A stretch of 64,000 bases of DNA, from assembly GCA_018433675.1 (NCBI GenBank), contig JAHDQS010000015.1:62170-126169 (forward strand), written 5' to 3'. Below are positions 39,904-48,667 of this stretch, one piece after another (positions within the stretch are counted from its first letter, which is position 1; the number at the start of each line of letters is the position of its first letter). The position numbers and the translations under genes are program-made. Under the pieces are notes generated by a model. That model was given only the letters and a program-made list of their open reading frames with translations. It did not search any database and was not told where the DNA came from. Source of the DNA: Clostridia bacterium. GTDB lineage: Bacteria; Bacillota; Peptococcia; DRI-13; SM3-B62.

Positions 39904-40227
39904 GTGGGAAATAATACCGCCGGGGCAGGTTCAAATGATAATACGGTTGCTGCCCTGCAGACTATGGGGGAGGATATTGGCAGGTTAAGGGAAAACTGTG
40001 GTAGGGTGCGCAAACTTATGGACGAAGGAACTTATAAGATTGACTCGATTTTAAAAGTTTTAGGAAACTTAAAAACAATGGAGAAAAACATTGCGGAATC
40101 AGGAGATGGTCAGGTCGTATTGCAACAGTTGAGTGAGGAACAAATCGACAGCCTGTTGGAAATGCTAAAAACCCCTGCTTTTCAAAACATTGCTCGACAA
40201 GCCTTGATGAGAATAGTGAGCCAATAA
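39904..40227 (+). CDS. Hypothetical protein (107 aa), paralogue of 38723-39256
   Basis: GTG start after AGGGAGG. Shares the C-terminal motif described for 38723-39256. Confidence 0.6.
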   Translation: MGNNTAGAGSNDNTVAALQTMGEDIGRLRENCGRVRKLMDEGTYKIDSILKVLGNLKTMEKNIAESGDGQVVLQQLSEEQIDSLLEMLKTPAFQNIARQALMRIVSQ

Positions 40228-40232
40228 ATTAT

Positions 40233-40265
40233 TGAAGCGTCCTACTGTAAAGGCAGGACGCTTCA
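40233..40265. terminator. Bidirectional terminator hairpin between convergent genes
   Basis: Perfect 11-bp stem TGAAGCGTCCT/AGGACGCTTCA. Confidence 0.7.
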
Positions 40266-40299
40266 GGTTGTTTTGGTATTCTGGTATGTAGAGGTTTAT

Positions 40300-40584
40300 C
40301 TATTCTTCGTTGTTTTCTAGCACCAGCTTCTGATAACAGTCGCGGCAATACACGGGTCTTACGCCGGTTGGCTTGAAAGGAACCTGGGTTTCGATGCCGC
40401 AGCTTGAACAGGTCACCGTATAGAGCTGGCGTTCTCCGCTGTTTTGCTGCCGGCGTGTTTTGCGACATACCAGGCACCGCGAAGGCTCATTCTTAAATCC
40501 TTTTTCTGCAAAAAACTCTTGCTCTTGTACGGTCCAGACAAACTCCTCACCACAATCTTTGCATACAATGGTTTTGTCTTCCAT
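40300..40584 (-). CDS. Zinc-ribbon protein with duplicated CxxC-x17-CxxC modules
   Basis: CKDCGEEF...CLVCRK and CSSCGIET...CRDCYQ, each half with CxxC pairs 17 residues apart. Confidence 0.75.
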   Translation of the reverse strand: MEDKTIVCKDCGEEFVWTVQEQEFFAEKGFKNEPSRCLVCRKTRRQQNSGERQLYTVTCSSCGIETQVPFKPTGVRPVYCRDCYQKLVLENNEE

Positions 40585-40805
40585 TCTCTTCCTCCCGAGT
40601 ATAGAATTTTTCCTGCTTACTTGAAAGGATCATTAAATCTAATCTAGGAAAGAGAATAGATTTAGAAACCCACAAGCAGAAAGCAAGGATACAACCTCAG
40701 TATACAACGACTTAAGATGTTTTGCAAATATTTTTATATCTTTGTTATGCGTTGTTATGCTTCTCGGGAGTTAATAATTTATTTTTTTCTAAGCAAACTA
40801 CTATC

Positions 40806-41213
40806 ATGATTACACATTTTATTGCTTATGGCATATTGGGCTGGTCCCTTGAAGTATTATGGACAGGATTTTTCTCTTTACTGCAGGGCAACATGCAAAT
40901 GCCTGCATTTACTTACATATGGATGTTTTTTGTGTACGGTTCGGCAGTTTGGCTGGAGCCAATTCATGATGCCCTGCGGACAGTTCATTGGTTTGTGCGG
41001 GGAACGGTGTGGACTTTGGCTATTTTCGGTATTGAGTATGCAACAGGCTGGCTGTTGAGCATTCTTTTAGGGGCCTGTCCTTGGGATTATAGCTTAACAG
41101 CCAGTTATCATATCAACGGCCTGATCAGGTTGGATTATATTCCAGTCTGGTTTACTGTAGGTTTATTGTTTGAAAAAACCCACGATTTCCTGGATAGAAT
41201 CACGATATATTAG
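40806..41213 (+). CDS. Small polytopic membrane protein (putative ABC-transporter type IV / CmpB-like family)
   Basis: MITHFIAYGILGWSLEVLWTG... resembles that family from memory. The ORF-track start at 40722 probably over-extends. Confidence 0.5.
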   Translation: MITHFIAYGILGWSLEVLWTGFFSLLQGNMQMPAFTYIWMFFVYGSAVWLEPIHDALRTVHWFVRGTVWTLAIFGIEYATGWLLSILLGACPWDYSLTASYHINGLIRLDYIPVWFTVGLLFEKTHDFLDRITIY

Positions 41214-41272
41214 TGTTGCAACGGAAGAAAAAAGGCTATATCATTTGAGATGGAAGTACAAGGGGGGATACA

Positions 41273-41956
41273 ATGCGTTTGCGAAGAAAGGCAGGAATAA
41301 GGGAAAAATTGCAACAATACACCGGGCTCTTATACTTTGAACCGGAATGTATTAAAAACAAGTGGGCTGAAATATTTGGCAACATTAATCCGGTACACGT
41401 CGAATTGGGAACAGGTAAAGGGGCTTTTTTAACAGCAATGGCTACGAAAAATCCGGGAATAAATTATGTTGGACTGGAAAGGGTACCGGAGGTCATGTGG
41501 CATGCAGTAAGAAAAATCCAAGAGGCAGATTTGAAAGGTGATAACATTAGGTTAATCTTGGGTGATGCAGAAAAATTAGGAGATTACTTTTCACCGGGAG
41601 AAATTGAACGGTTATATTTAAATTTCAGTGATCCCTGGCCAAAAAACAGGCATGAGAAAAGAAGGTTGACATACCCTGAAATGTTGCGTATTTACAAAAA
41701 GGTGTTAAAAGACAATGCTGGAATACACTTTAAAACGGACAACCGGAGCCTTTTTGAGTATTCCCTGCATGCCTTTGCAAAGGAAGGATTTTCACTTCGC
41801 CGGATCACTTATGATTTGCATGCCGGGGGTAAGAGGGAAAATGCTATGACCGAATATGAGACCAGATTTGTGTCGTTAGGACAACCAATTTTTCGGTGTG
41901 AAGCCTTAATCCGTTTCAGAAGAAAGGTTAACCTTTCCAAGAGCTGTTTCATATGA
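41273..41956 (+). CDS. trmB: tRNA (guanine-N7)-methyltransferase
   Basis: ELGTGKG SAM motif and LNFSDPWPK..H.KRR motif. Confidence 0.9.
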   Translation: MRLRRKAGIREKLQQYTGLLYFEPECIKNKWAEIFGNINPVHVELGTGKGAFLTAMATKNPGINYVGLERVPEVMWHAVRKIQEADLKGDNIRLILGDAEKLGDYFSPGEIERLYLNFSDPWPKNRHEKRRLTYPEMLRIYKKVLKDNAGIHFKTDNRSLFEYSLHAFAKEGFSLRRITYDLHAGGKRENAMTEYETRFVSLGQPIFRCEALIRFRRKVNLSKSCFI

Positions 41957-42001
41957 TGTATGGACAGCTAATTATAATGGATTAAGGAGGAAAACAATCA
42001 T

Positions 42002-42301
42002 ATGGACAGACAGAAGCCTCTTGAAATAATTTGTCCTCACTGCAAGCAAAAATTCCAGTATCAGATTGAACAATCACAGTTAGGACCAGGTCCTTACGGA
42101 CCTTGTCCGCCTTATGGACCATGTCCACCATACGGACCCGGCTATGGTCCTTGGTATGGACCTTGTCCGCCATGCGGACCAGGTTATGGCCCTCGCCCGC
42201 CATGCGGACCAGGTTCAAAACCGGGAGGTCCCGGTCCCGGTCCGGGTTTCGGTCCGGGCTTTGGTATTTTTGGTCCACCCCCTCGCTGTGAAAGGGAGTA
42301 A
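42002..42301 (+). CDS. Cys/Pro/Gly/Tyr repeat mini-protein (99 aa), function unknown
   Basis: AAGGAGG SD. N-terminal CPHC half zinc-ribbon followed by YGPCPP-type repeats. Strong terminator directly downstream. Confidence 0.6.
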   Translation: MDRQKPLEIICPHCKQKFQYQIEQSQLGPGPYGPCPPYGPCPPYGPGYGPWYGPCPPCGPGYGPRPPCGPGSKPGGPGPGPGFGPGFGIFGPPPRCERE

Positions 42302-42310
42302 CGTTAAAAG

Positions 42311-42348
42311 AAGGGAAACTTGGCAGACACCAAGTTTCCCTTCTTTTC
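42311..42348 (+). terminator. Intrinsic terminator after the repeat mini-protein gene
   Basis: Perfect 13-bp stem AAGGGAAACTTGG/CCAAGTTTCCCTT followed by CTTTTC. Confidence 0.85.
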
Positions 42349-42437
42349 GGTGCGCCACGCTAGGATTTTCCTTGACAAGAAGCTGACCGTCGGAGAAGAT
42401 GTTTATTAGACCAACGGATAAACGAGGGGGATTATGC

Positions 42438-43232
42438 ATGCGCCTTTCTTTACCGCGAAGAATAATAAGAACAGTACAAAGGGCAGTAGTAGAATTTGAG
42501 ATGATAAAGCCTGGTGATCGGATTCTGATCGGGCTCTCAGGGGGAAAGGACAGCTCCCTTTTGTTATATACTCTTGCCGTGCTGGTTAAGCATTTGCCCT
42601 TTTCAGTTACGCTGGGGGCAATTACGTTTGACCCCGGGTTTAAAAGGCAGGAGGAGACGGATTTTGGGCCTCTGCAAGAAATGTGTGCGGCACTGGAAAT
42701 ACCTTATCATTTGGCCAGAGCCGAAATAGCGGATGAAATATTAAATAATAATAAGCAAACACCATGTGCGCGCTGTTCATACTTTCGGCGCGCAATTATT
42801 CATAATTATGCCAAAGAACAAGGGTATAACAAGGTTGCTTTGGCCCATCATCTGGATGATGCCGTGGAAACCTTTTTGATGAGTATTATTTATTCCGGAC
42901 AAATATCAACCTTTTTACCCAAAACGTATTTAGACCGGACAGAGGTGACTGTCATTCGTCCTTTGGTGTACCTGCGGGAAACCGAAATAAAAAGCGCCGT
43001 CAAGCGGCTGGGCTTGAGTGTGGTAGCAAACCCTTGTCCACTGGACGGCGATACAAAAAGACGAGAAGCAAAGGAGTTAATTCGCGAATTAAAGAGAAAA
43101 AATCCTAACGTGTTCTACCATTTGGCGGCTGCCATGCGGGAAGGAAGAAACATTCAACTTTGGCCCCAGGAGCCGACAAAGGAGATGATAAGGGGGAAAA
43201 GTCAGCATTTTTGGGATATGAGACAGCAATAA
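42438..43232 (+). CDS. ttcA: TtcA-family PP-loop ATPase (tRNA 2-thiocytidine biosynthesis-like)
   Basis: SGGKDS PP-loop and CARCSYFRR motif. ATG at 42438 follows GAGGGGG. Confidence 0.8.
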   Translation: MRLSLPRRIIRTVQRAVVEFEMIKPGDRILIGLSGGKDSSLLLYTLAVLVKHLPFSVTLGAITFDPGFKRQEETDFGPLQEMCAALEIPYHLARAEIADEILNNNKQTPCARCSYFRRAIIHNYAKEQGYNKVALAHHLDDAVETFLMSIIYSGQISTFLPKTYLDRTEVTVIRPLVYLRETEIKSAVKRLGLSVVANPCPLDGDTKRREAKELIRELKRKNPNVFYHLAAAMREGRNIQLWPQEPTKEMIRGKSQHFWDMRQQ

Positions 43233-43234
43233 GT

Positions 43235-44314
43235 TCAGATTGCCAGATCAATATGCTGTATTGTTCCTGCTGATTTATCTTCTCTGAGAAATAATCCGGT
43301 ACGTTGAATCTGGCCAAGATTGTTATTCTGAAGATCATTGAGGGAAAACAGGGTGTTGACGCTGCCCAGATATATGGCACCAATGCCTACCTCGCCTAGG
43401 GCCAGAAGCTGGTCATGGCCTTGTTCGTCTTTTATCCAAATACGAAGTTTATTAAAAACGGTATCATTTTCATCTATCCAACCGTTATCGTCATGGTCGT
43501 AGGCAGCGAGGTCAGCAAAACCATCGCCGGATTTTGGGCCAAACAGTTCCCGGCCGTCGTCGATTTTCTCGTTGTTGTTGAGATCAAGGCTGAGAAAACC
43601 GCTGTTATTCTGCAAAAAGGAGATTTGTTCTGTTGCTCCGTCCGCGTCAAGGTCGAAGGCGAATTTTTCTTCGGTCAGCACCGGAGCTTGCCCGTTGAAA
43701 TTTATCACCAGAGGATCGATTTTGGCTGCATCCCCGCCGATGATACTGATGCTGTTTTGCTGCAAGAACTCTCTGCTCATATTAAAGGTTAGATTTATTT
43801 CTATTTCCTGTCCATCGGTTGTTTTCACGAGGCCTTTGGCGTTAAAGGAGATAGCCTCTTTTTCATAATACAGTTCATCGCTTCTGTAGATAAAGCCCCA
43901 GCCCTTTGTGACCGCTTCAGCCTTCTGAGGAGCGGTATTGTTGTGTTCTGTGTCTTGGAGATGAAGGGTGGGTACGCGTATTTTGAATTTTTTCCCGGTA
44001 AGGTGTTCGATAAACGATTCAATCAGCGCTATTTTAAGCTTGTCCTTTTCAGTAATTTCGCAATCTGAATCAGTCCGGTTTAGAGCTTCAGTTTCTGTGC
44101 TGCCCGTTTGGAGGGCAGCGCCGTATGAAGAAACATCTCCCGCCGGAGACAGCAGATCTACTGAGTCCAGGTTGAGACTGTCTTGTGGTTGCCGTTGCAG
44201 GATGGTCAGGCTTTCCTTTATTTCTTGTTTTTCTAGCTTAAGATGGGCCGCGGATAAGGCCATAGTCGAAGCCGATATTTTCAAATCGCATTCCTCCTCT
44301 GACACCCTATACAA
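43235..44314 (-). CDS. Hypothetical protein with EF-hand-like Ca-binding loops
   Basis: DLDADGATEQ, DLNNNEKIDDGRE and a canonical DHDDNGWIDEND loop. I saw no signal peptide. Confidence 0.6.
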   Translation of the reverse strand: MYRVSEEECDLKISASTMALSAAHLKLEKQEIKESLTILQRQPQDSLNLDSVDLLSPAGDVSSYGAALQTGSTETEALNRTDSDCEITEKDKLKIALIESFIEHLTGKKFKIRVPTLHLQDTEHNNTAPQKAEAVTKGWGFIYRSDELYYEKEAISFNAKGLVKTTDGQEIEINLTFNMSREFLQQNSISIIGGDAAKIDPLVINFNGQAPVLTEEKFAFDLDADGATEQISFLQNNSGFLSLDLNNNEKIDDGRELFGPKSGDGFADLAAYDHDDNGWIDENDTVFNKLRIWIKDEQGHDQLLALGEVGIGAIYLGSVNTLFSLNDLQNNNLGQIQRTGLFLREDKSAGTIQHIDLAI

Positions 44315-44349
44315 ATATAATCGGTCAAAAGGGCGGGAAATTTAGCGAT

Positions 44350-45552
44350 TTATTTTTTTATGATAATTTCGCCTTCGTAGATCACATATTTAATTGCCGA
44401 GGGGTCGGTCGTTTCAATTACGGGTATTTTGTCACAGATAATGACGTTACCTTTATTTCCCGGGCTGAAGGAACCAACGTTGTTTAAGGAGAGGATTTCG
44501 CAGCCATTGACGGTAAAGAGTTTCAGGGTGTCTTCCAGGGATACGCCCTTATCTAAAAAGTGTTTTGCAATGGGCCGGCATATTGTCATAAAATCCTCCG
44601 GACCGGCAAGATAGCCGGAAGGCAAATCTGTCCATTCGGCGTCAGGATGCACCGGTATATATGAATCACTGGCCAGGGCAACCTTAACTCCCCTTTCATG
44701 GAAATGCAGCACTTCAACGGGGGAGGTGGGCTTGGCGCTGGTGCCGGCATGTGGAGTTACTACAAGAGCCACCTTGTTTTCCCGCATCAAATCGGCAAGG
44801 TCGGGACTTAAGTTATGGCCGTGATGTATCACGTCGCCGCCGGCCCGGATGAACATCAAAGCAGCTTCATCGCCTTCAATGTGGGCGCCGATCCTTTTGC
44901 CGGCGGAATGAAAAATTTCAACGATTTCTTTTATTTCCCCATAGGAAAAGGTTATTTCACCGGCCCGTGGGGCAGCGGAAAGCGGCAAACTGGCAACGGT
45001 GGCATTGATGAAAATATTTTCGCCGGGGAAATCGGAGGCTGAAGCCATCAGATAGTAGTCCTCGGCAGTAAGTTCGGTTTTCTTGATTACTTGAGCAGGC
45101 CTGGTGGAAGAGACCAGAGCCAAGGGCTCTGTGCCAATAAAACAGCAACCGCAGGCCAAACGTACGTTTAACGGCACGCTACCGGCGATTTCTTGATAGT
45201 CCGAAATGGTTTGAGTGAAGGAGAAATGTCCCAAGCAGTGCTCACCTAGGTTAGTGACCCCTGATTTTAAGGAGGTTAGGAGATTGGCAATCCCGGCCAT
45301 TTTTTGGGCTTTGCCTTGGGCCTTGTGGATTTCTCCGGCAGCATATTCCATAAGGTGTGTGTGGCAATCTGTCAGACCGGGGATGATATACATTCCTGCG
45401 GCATCTATCTTGTATGTTGCTTCGATATCTGGGAGAGAATCTTTGAACACCTGGGTTATTATCCCGTTTTTAATCAGCAAAGCCCCGTTTTCGATAACTC
45501 CTTCGCCGGTAAGAGGGATGAGATTTCCGTTAAAGACAAGTGTGGTCGACAT
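44350..45552 (-). CDS. Amidohydrolase-superfamily metallohydrolase
   Basis: PGLTDCHTHL motif plus downstream H/H/D ligand pattern. ATG at 45552 preferred over 45573. Confidence 0.75.
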   Translation of the reverse strand: MSTTLVFNGNLIPLTGEGVIENGALLIKNGIITQVFKDSLPDIEATYKIDAAGMYIIPGLTDCHTHLMEYAAGEIHKAQGKAQKMAGIANLLTSLKSGVTNLGEHCLGHFSFTQTISDYQEIAGSVPLNVRLACGCCFIGTEPLALVSSTRPAQVIKKTELTAEDYYLMASASDFPGENIFINATVASLPLSAAPRAGEITFSYGEIKEIVEIFHSAGKRIGAHIEGDEAALMFIRAGGDVIHHGHNLSPDLADLMRENKVALVVTPHAGTSAKPTSPVEVLHFHERGVKVALASDSYIPVHPDAEWTDLPSGYLAGPEDFMTICRPIAKHFLDKGVSLEDTLKLFTVNGCEILSLNNVGSFSPGNKGNVIICDKIPVIETTDPSAIKYVIYEGEIIIKK

Positions 45553-45671
45553 AATTAACCCTCCATAATACATAATTTTCTGGGTATATAATCAATCCCT
45601 TAATATTCTTTCGCTGTTGTTGAATAATTTCCTGCAGGCCATGACAGAATATAAGCCGTATGTTTTAAATA

Positions 45672-45730
45672 AAAAAGCCGCTCACTGTAAAACCTTAAAA
45701 TTATTAAGGAAAAAGCAGGAACGGCTTAAA
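45672..45730 (-). terminator. Probable clpB terminator (compound hairpin + T-tract on minus strand)
   Basis: GCCGTTC...GAGCGGC outer stem with an inner CCTTAA/TTAAGG stem, followed by TTTTTT on the minus strand. Confidence 0.5.
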
Positions 45731-45738
45731 ATTATGAT

Positions 45739-48339
45739 TTAGCTTCCTGCTTTTAAAAGCAGGTGCCCGGAGGATACTACTAGGTTGACAGTTGACTCAG
45801 GTAAGACATCTCCTTTAATTATCAAACGACTCAGAGGGGTTTCGACCTCCTGTTGAATCAGACGCTTCAGGGGACGTGCTCCGTAGCTGGGGTCGTAACC
45901 TTTGTTGGCTAGGTATTCCAAAGCCTCATTTGTCCAGGTGACGGAAACATGTGTGGTCTCTGATATTCTATGACACAGATTTTCAAGCATCAGTCGGGTT
46001 ATTTCCAACATGTGCTGTGCCTCCAGGGCATGGAAGACAACAATCTCATCAACACGGTTCAAAAACTCCGGTCGGAAAAAGCCATGTAAGAGGCTCAAAA
46101 CCCTTTTATTCATTGCTTCGTAGTTGTCACTGCCCTGCTGAGAGGTCTCCAGTATCTCTTGGCTGCCAATATTGGAGGTCATGATAATCACGGTATTCTT
46201 AAAGTTTACCGTTCTGCCTTTACCGTCGGTGAGACGGCCGTCATCAAGGACCTGCAGCAGGACGTTGAAAACGTCGTTGTGTGCCTTTTCGATTTCATCA
46301 AGCAGCAGAACCGAATAGGGGCGTCTGCGTACGGCCTCAGTTAACTGTCCGCCCTCTTCGTGCCCTACATACCCGGGAGGTGCCCCGATAAGGCGGGCTA
46401 CCGTGTGCTTCTCCATGTATTCCGACATATCGAGACGGATGATATTGCGTTCATCATCGAACAAGGACTGGGCTAAGGCCTTTGCCAGCTCTGTTTTGCC
46501 GACTCCGGTAGGGCCAAGGAAGATGAAGCTGCCGATAGGACGGTTAGGGTCTTTGACCCCGGTCCGGGCTCGGATGATGGCGTCCGCGACTGCTTGGACC
46601 GCCCGGTCCTGCCCGATAACGCGTTCATGCAGGATTTCATCAAGGCGGATTAGTTTTTCTTTCTCTCCTTCCAGCAGCTTGCTGACTTGAATACCTGTCC
46701 AGCGGCTGAGGATACGGGCGATATCTTCTTCCGTTACTTCTTCCTGCAGCAGCATGCCTGTCTCTTGCTTCCCGCTTATGTTTTCTTCTTCCTGTTTTAG
46801 CCGACGTACAAGCCCGTCCAGTTGCCCGTATTTCAATTCTGCCATTCGGTTCAGGTCATAATTGCGTTCAGCTTTTTCGATTTCCAGCTTGGTGTCTTCT
46901 ATTTCCTTTTTCAGCTCTCTGAGCCGGGATATACTTTGCTTTTCGATTTGCCACTGGGCATTCATGGTATGAGACTGAGACTTAAGCTCTGCCAATTGTT
47001 TTTGGATATCCTCCAAACGTTTTTGGGAAGCTGTATCGGTCTCTTTCTTCAGGGCAGCTTCTTCTATTTCCAACTGCATGATTTTACGATTGATTTCGTC
47101 CAGGGCAGTTGGCAGACTGTCTATTTCGGTGCGCAAGCGGGCAGCGGCTTCGTCCACTAGGTCGATAGCTTTATCCGGCAAGAAACGGTCTGAAATATAG
47201 CGATCGGAAAGCGTGGCTGCTGCAACCAGAGCTCCGTCTTGGATGCGTACACCATGGTGGACTTCATAGCGTTCTTTTAAGCCCCGCAAAATAGAAATGG
47301 TATCCTCGATCGAGGGGGGATTGACGAGAATTGGTTGGAAACGGCGTTCCAAGGCCGCATCCTTTTCCAGGTGTTTACGATATTCTTCCAGGGTGGTTGC
47401 CCCGATGGCCTTGAGCTCACCTCGTGCCAACATGGGCTTAAGCAGGTTCCCGGCATCCATGGCTCCTTCTGCTGCACCGGCACCGACAATGGTATGCAGT
47501 TCATCGATAAAGAGGATGACACGACCATTGGCGGTTTGTACCTCCTTGAGGACAGCTTTCAGCCTTTCTTCAAATTCTCCGCGGTATTTAGCGCCGGCTA
47601 TCAGGGCCCCCATATCCAGAGCTATAACCTGCTTGTCCTTCAATCCCTCTGTAATGTCTCCTGCTACAATACGACGAGCTAAGCCTTCAACGATAGCTGT
47701 TTTACCGACTCCCGGTTCTCCTATCAAGACGGGATTATTTTTTGTTCTTCTGGAAAGGATTTCGATGACGCGCCTGATCTCGTCATCCCGACCGATAACC
47801 GGGTCAAGCTTGCCTTCTTTGGCGAGAGCTGTTAGATCACGGCCGTATTTCTCCAAAGCCTCATATGTCTCTTCCGGGTTTTCACTGGTTACCCGTTGGT
47901 TTCCTCTAATGGCTTTCAGTGAATTCAGTAAGGAGTCACGGGTCAGTCCGCTGTTGGCTAAAAGGCTTTTTAAATCACTTTCCCCTTTTTCTAAAAGCCC
48001 CAGCAGCAGGTGTTCGGTGCTGATAAACTCATCTTTCATTTTTGCGGCTTCAGCTTCGGCATGGCTGAAAACCCGGGCTAATCCGGTTCCCAAATGAAGG
48101 GGCCCGTCATATCCAAAAACCCCCGGAACTTTATCCAGCAGTTCTTTTGCCCGCGCCAGCAGAGCTGTGAACTCAATCCCGGCGTGTTCAAGGATATGCG
48201 GTATTATACCGTTTTCTTGGGTCAACAGTGCCAGAAGAAGGTGTTTTCCGGTTATCTCCTGGTGATGGTTTTCTGCGGCCAGGCTTTGTGCCGCAGATAC
48301 TGCCTCTCTCGACTTTTGCGTATATTTATTAAAATCCAT
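45739..48339 (-). CDS. clpB: ATP-dependent chaperone/disaggregase ClpB
   Basis: Two AAA+ modules ([16 protein letters not shown]) with a long middle coiled-coil domain. 866 aa. Confidence 0.97.
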   Translation of the reverse strand: MDFNKYTQKSREAVSAAQSLAAENHHQEITGKHLLLALLTQENGIIPHILEHAGIEFTALLARAKELLDKVPGVFGYDGPLHLGTGLARVFSHAEAEAAKMKDEFISTEHLLLGLLEKGESDLKSLLANSGLTRDSLLNSLKAIRGNQRVTSENPEETYEALEKYGRDLTALAKEGKLDPVIGRDDEIRRVIEILSRRTKNNPVLIGEPGVGKTAIVEGLARRIVAGDITEGLKDKQVIALDMGALIAGAKYRGEFEERLKAVLKEVQTANGRVILFIDELHTIVGAGAAEGAMDAGNLLKPMLARGELKAIGATTLEEYRKHLEKDAALERRFQPILVNPPSIEDTISILRGLKERYEVHHGVRIQDGALVAAATLSDRYISDRFLPDKAIDLVDEAAARLRTEIDSLPTALDEINRKIMQLEIEEAALKKETDTASQKRLEDIQKQLAELKSQSHTMNAQWQIEKQSISRLRELKKEIEDTKLEIEKAERNYDLNRMAELKYGQLDGLVRRLKQEEENISGKQETGMLLQEEVTEEDIARILSRWTGIQVSKLLEGEKEKLIRLDEILHERVIGQDRAVQAVADAIIRARTGVKDPNRPIGSFIFLGPTGVGKTELAKALAQSLFDDERNIIRLDMSEYMEKHTVARLIGAPPGYVGHEEGGQLTEAVRRRPYSVLLLDEIEKAHNDVFNVLLQVLDDGRLTDGKGRTVNFKNTVIIMTSNIGSQEILETSQQGSDNYEAMNKRVLSLLHGFFRPEFLNRVDEIVVFHALEAQHMLEITRLMLENLCHRISETTHVSVTWTNEALEYLANKGYDPSYGARPLKRLIQQEVETPLSRLIIKGDVLPESTVNLVVSSGHLLLKAGS

Positions 48340-48423
48340 AGTGTTTCACCTCCTAAGCAGTGCTTTGTTTAATGAATATTATTCTAAGAATATTATACAA
48401 TAAATGGTTTGGTAATAGGCAAA

Positions 48424-48440
48424 GGTCAAAAATGGTCAAA
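48424..48440. promoter_or_regulatory. CtsR operator upstream of clpB
   Basis: GGTCAAAAATGGTCAAA matches the heptad direct-repeat consensus (A/G)GTCAAA-NAN-(A/G)GTCAAA exactly. On the clpB strand it overlaps TTGACC -35-like hexamers. Confidence 0.7.
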
Positions 48441-48558
48441 TAATCTGTTGAACGGTCATTTAGTATAATTAATATTTTGGATTTCACTTATTCACATGCG
48501 GACGTCAAATAGGGCTTCCGGTCGTGATAATGCAGCCAAAAATGGAAAAAGTTCAGGA

Positions 48559-48580
48559 TCTGTTCACAGTCTGTTCACAG
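48559..48580 (+). repeat. Perfect 11-bp tandem direct repeat TCTGTTCACAG x2; candidate response-regulator operator for the downstream efflux operon
   Basis: Read directly from the sequence. One helical turn of periodicity. Ends 14 nt before a TATGCT -10-like hexamer. Confidence 0.5.
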
Positions 48581-48667
48581 ATATGTAAATTATGTATGCT
48601 ATGCTAAGTTCAAATTTGTTACAGTGTTAAACAGTCCTATAGGTACAAGGAGAAAGGGGGAAAATAT

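Noticed and set aside
41982-42439. Four alternative ORFs on both strands overlapping the YGPCPP-repeat gene
   Set aside because: These frames stay open only because of the GC-rich, low-complexity repeat. Only the 42002 frame has a strong SD, an ATG and a terminator immediately after its stop.
47297-48097. 266-aa plus-strand ORF (and other 60-115-aa ORFs) antisense to clpB
   Set aside because: The product is a Ser/Pro/Arg/Ala-rich low-information sequence typical of the antisense frame of a long gene. The ClpB reading frame on the minus strand is unambiguous.
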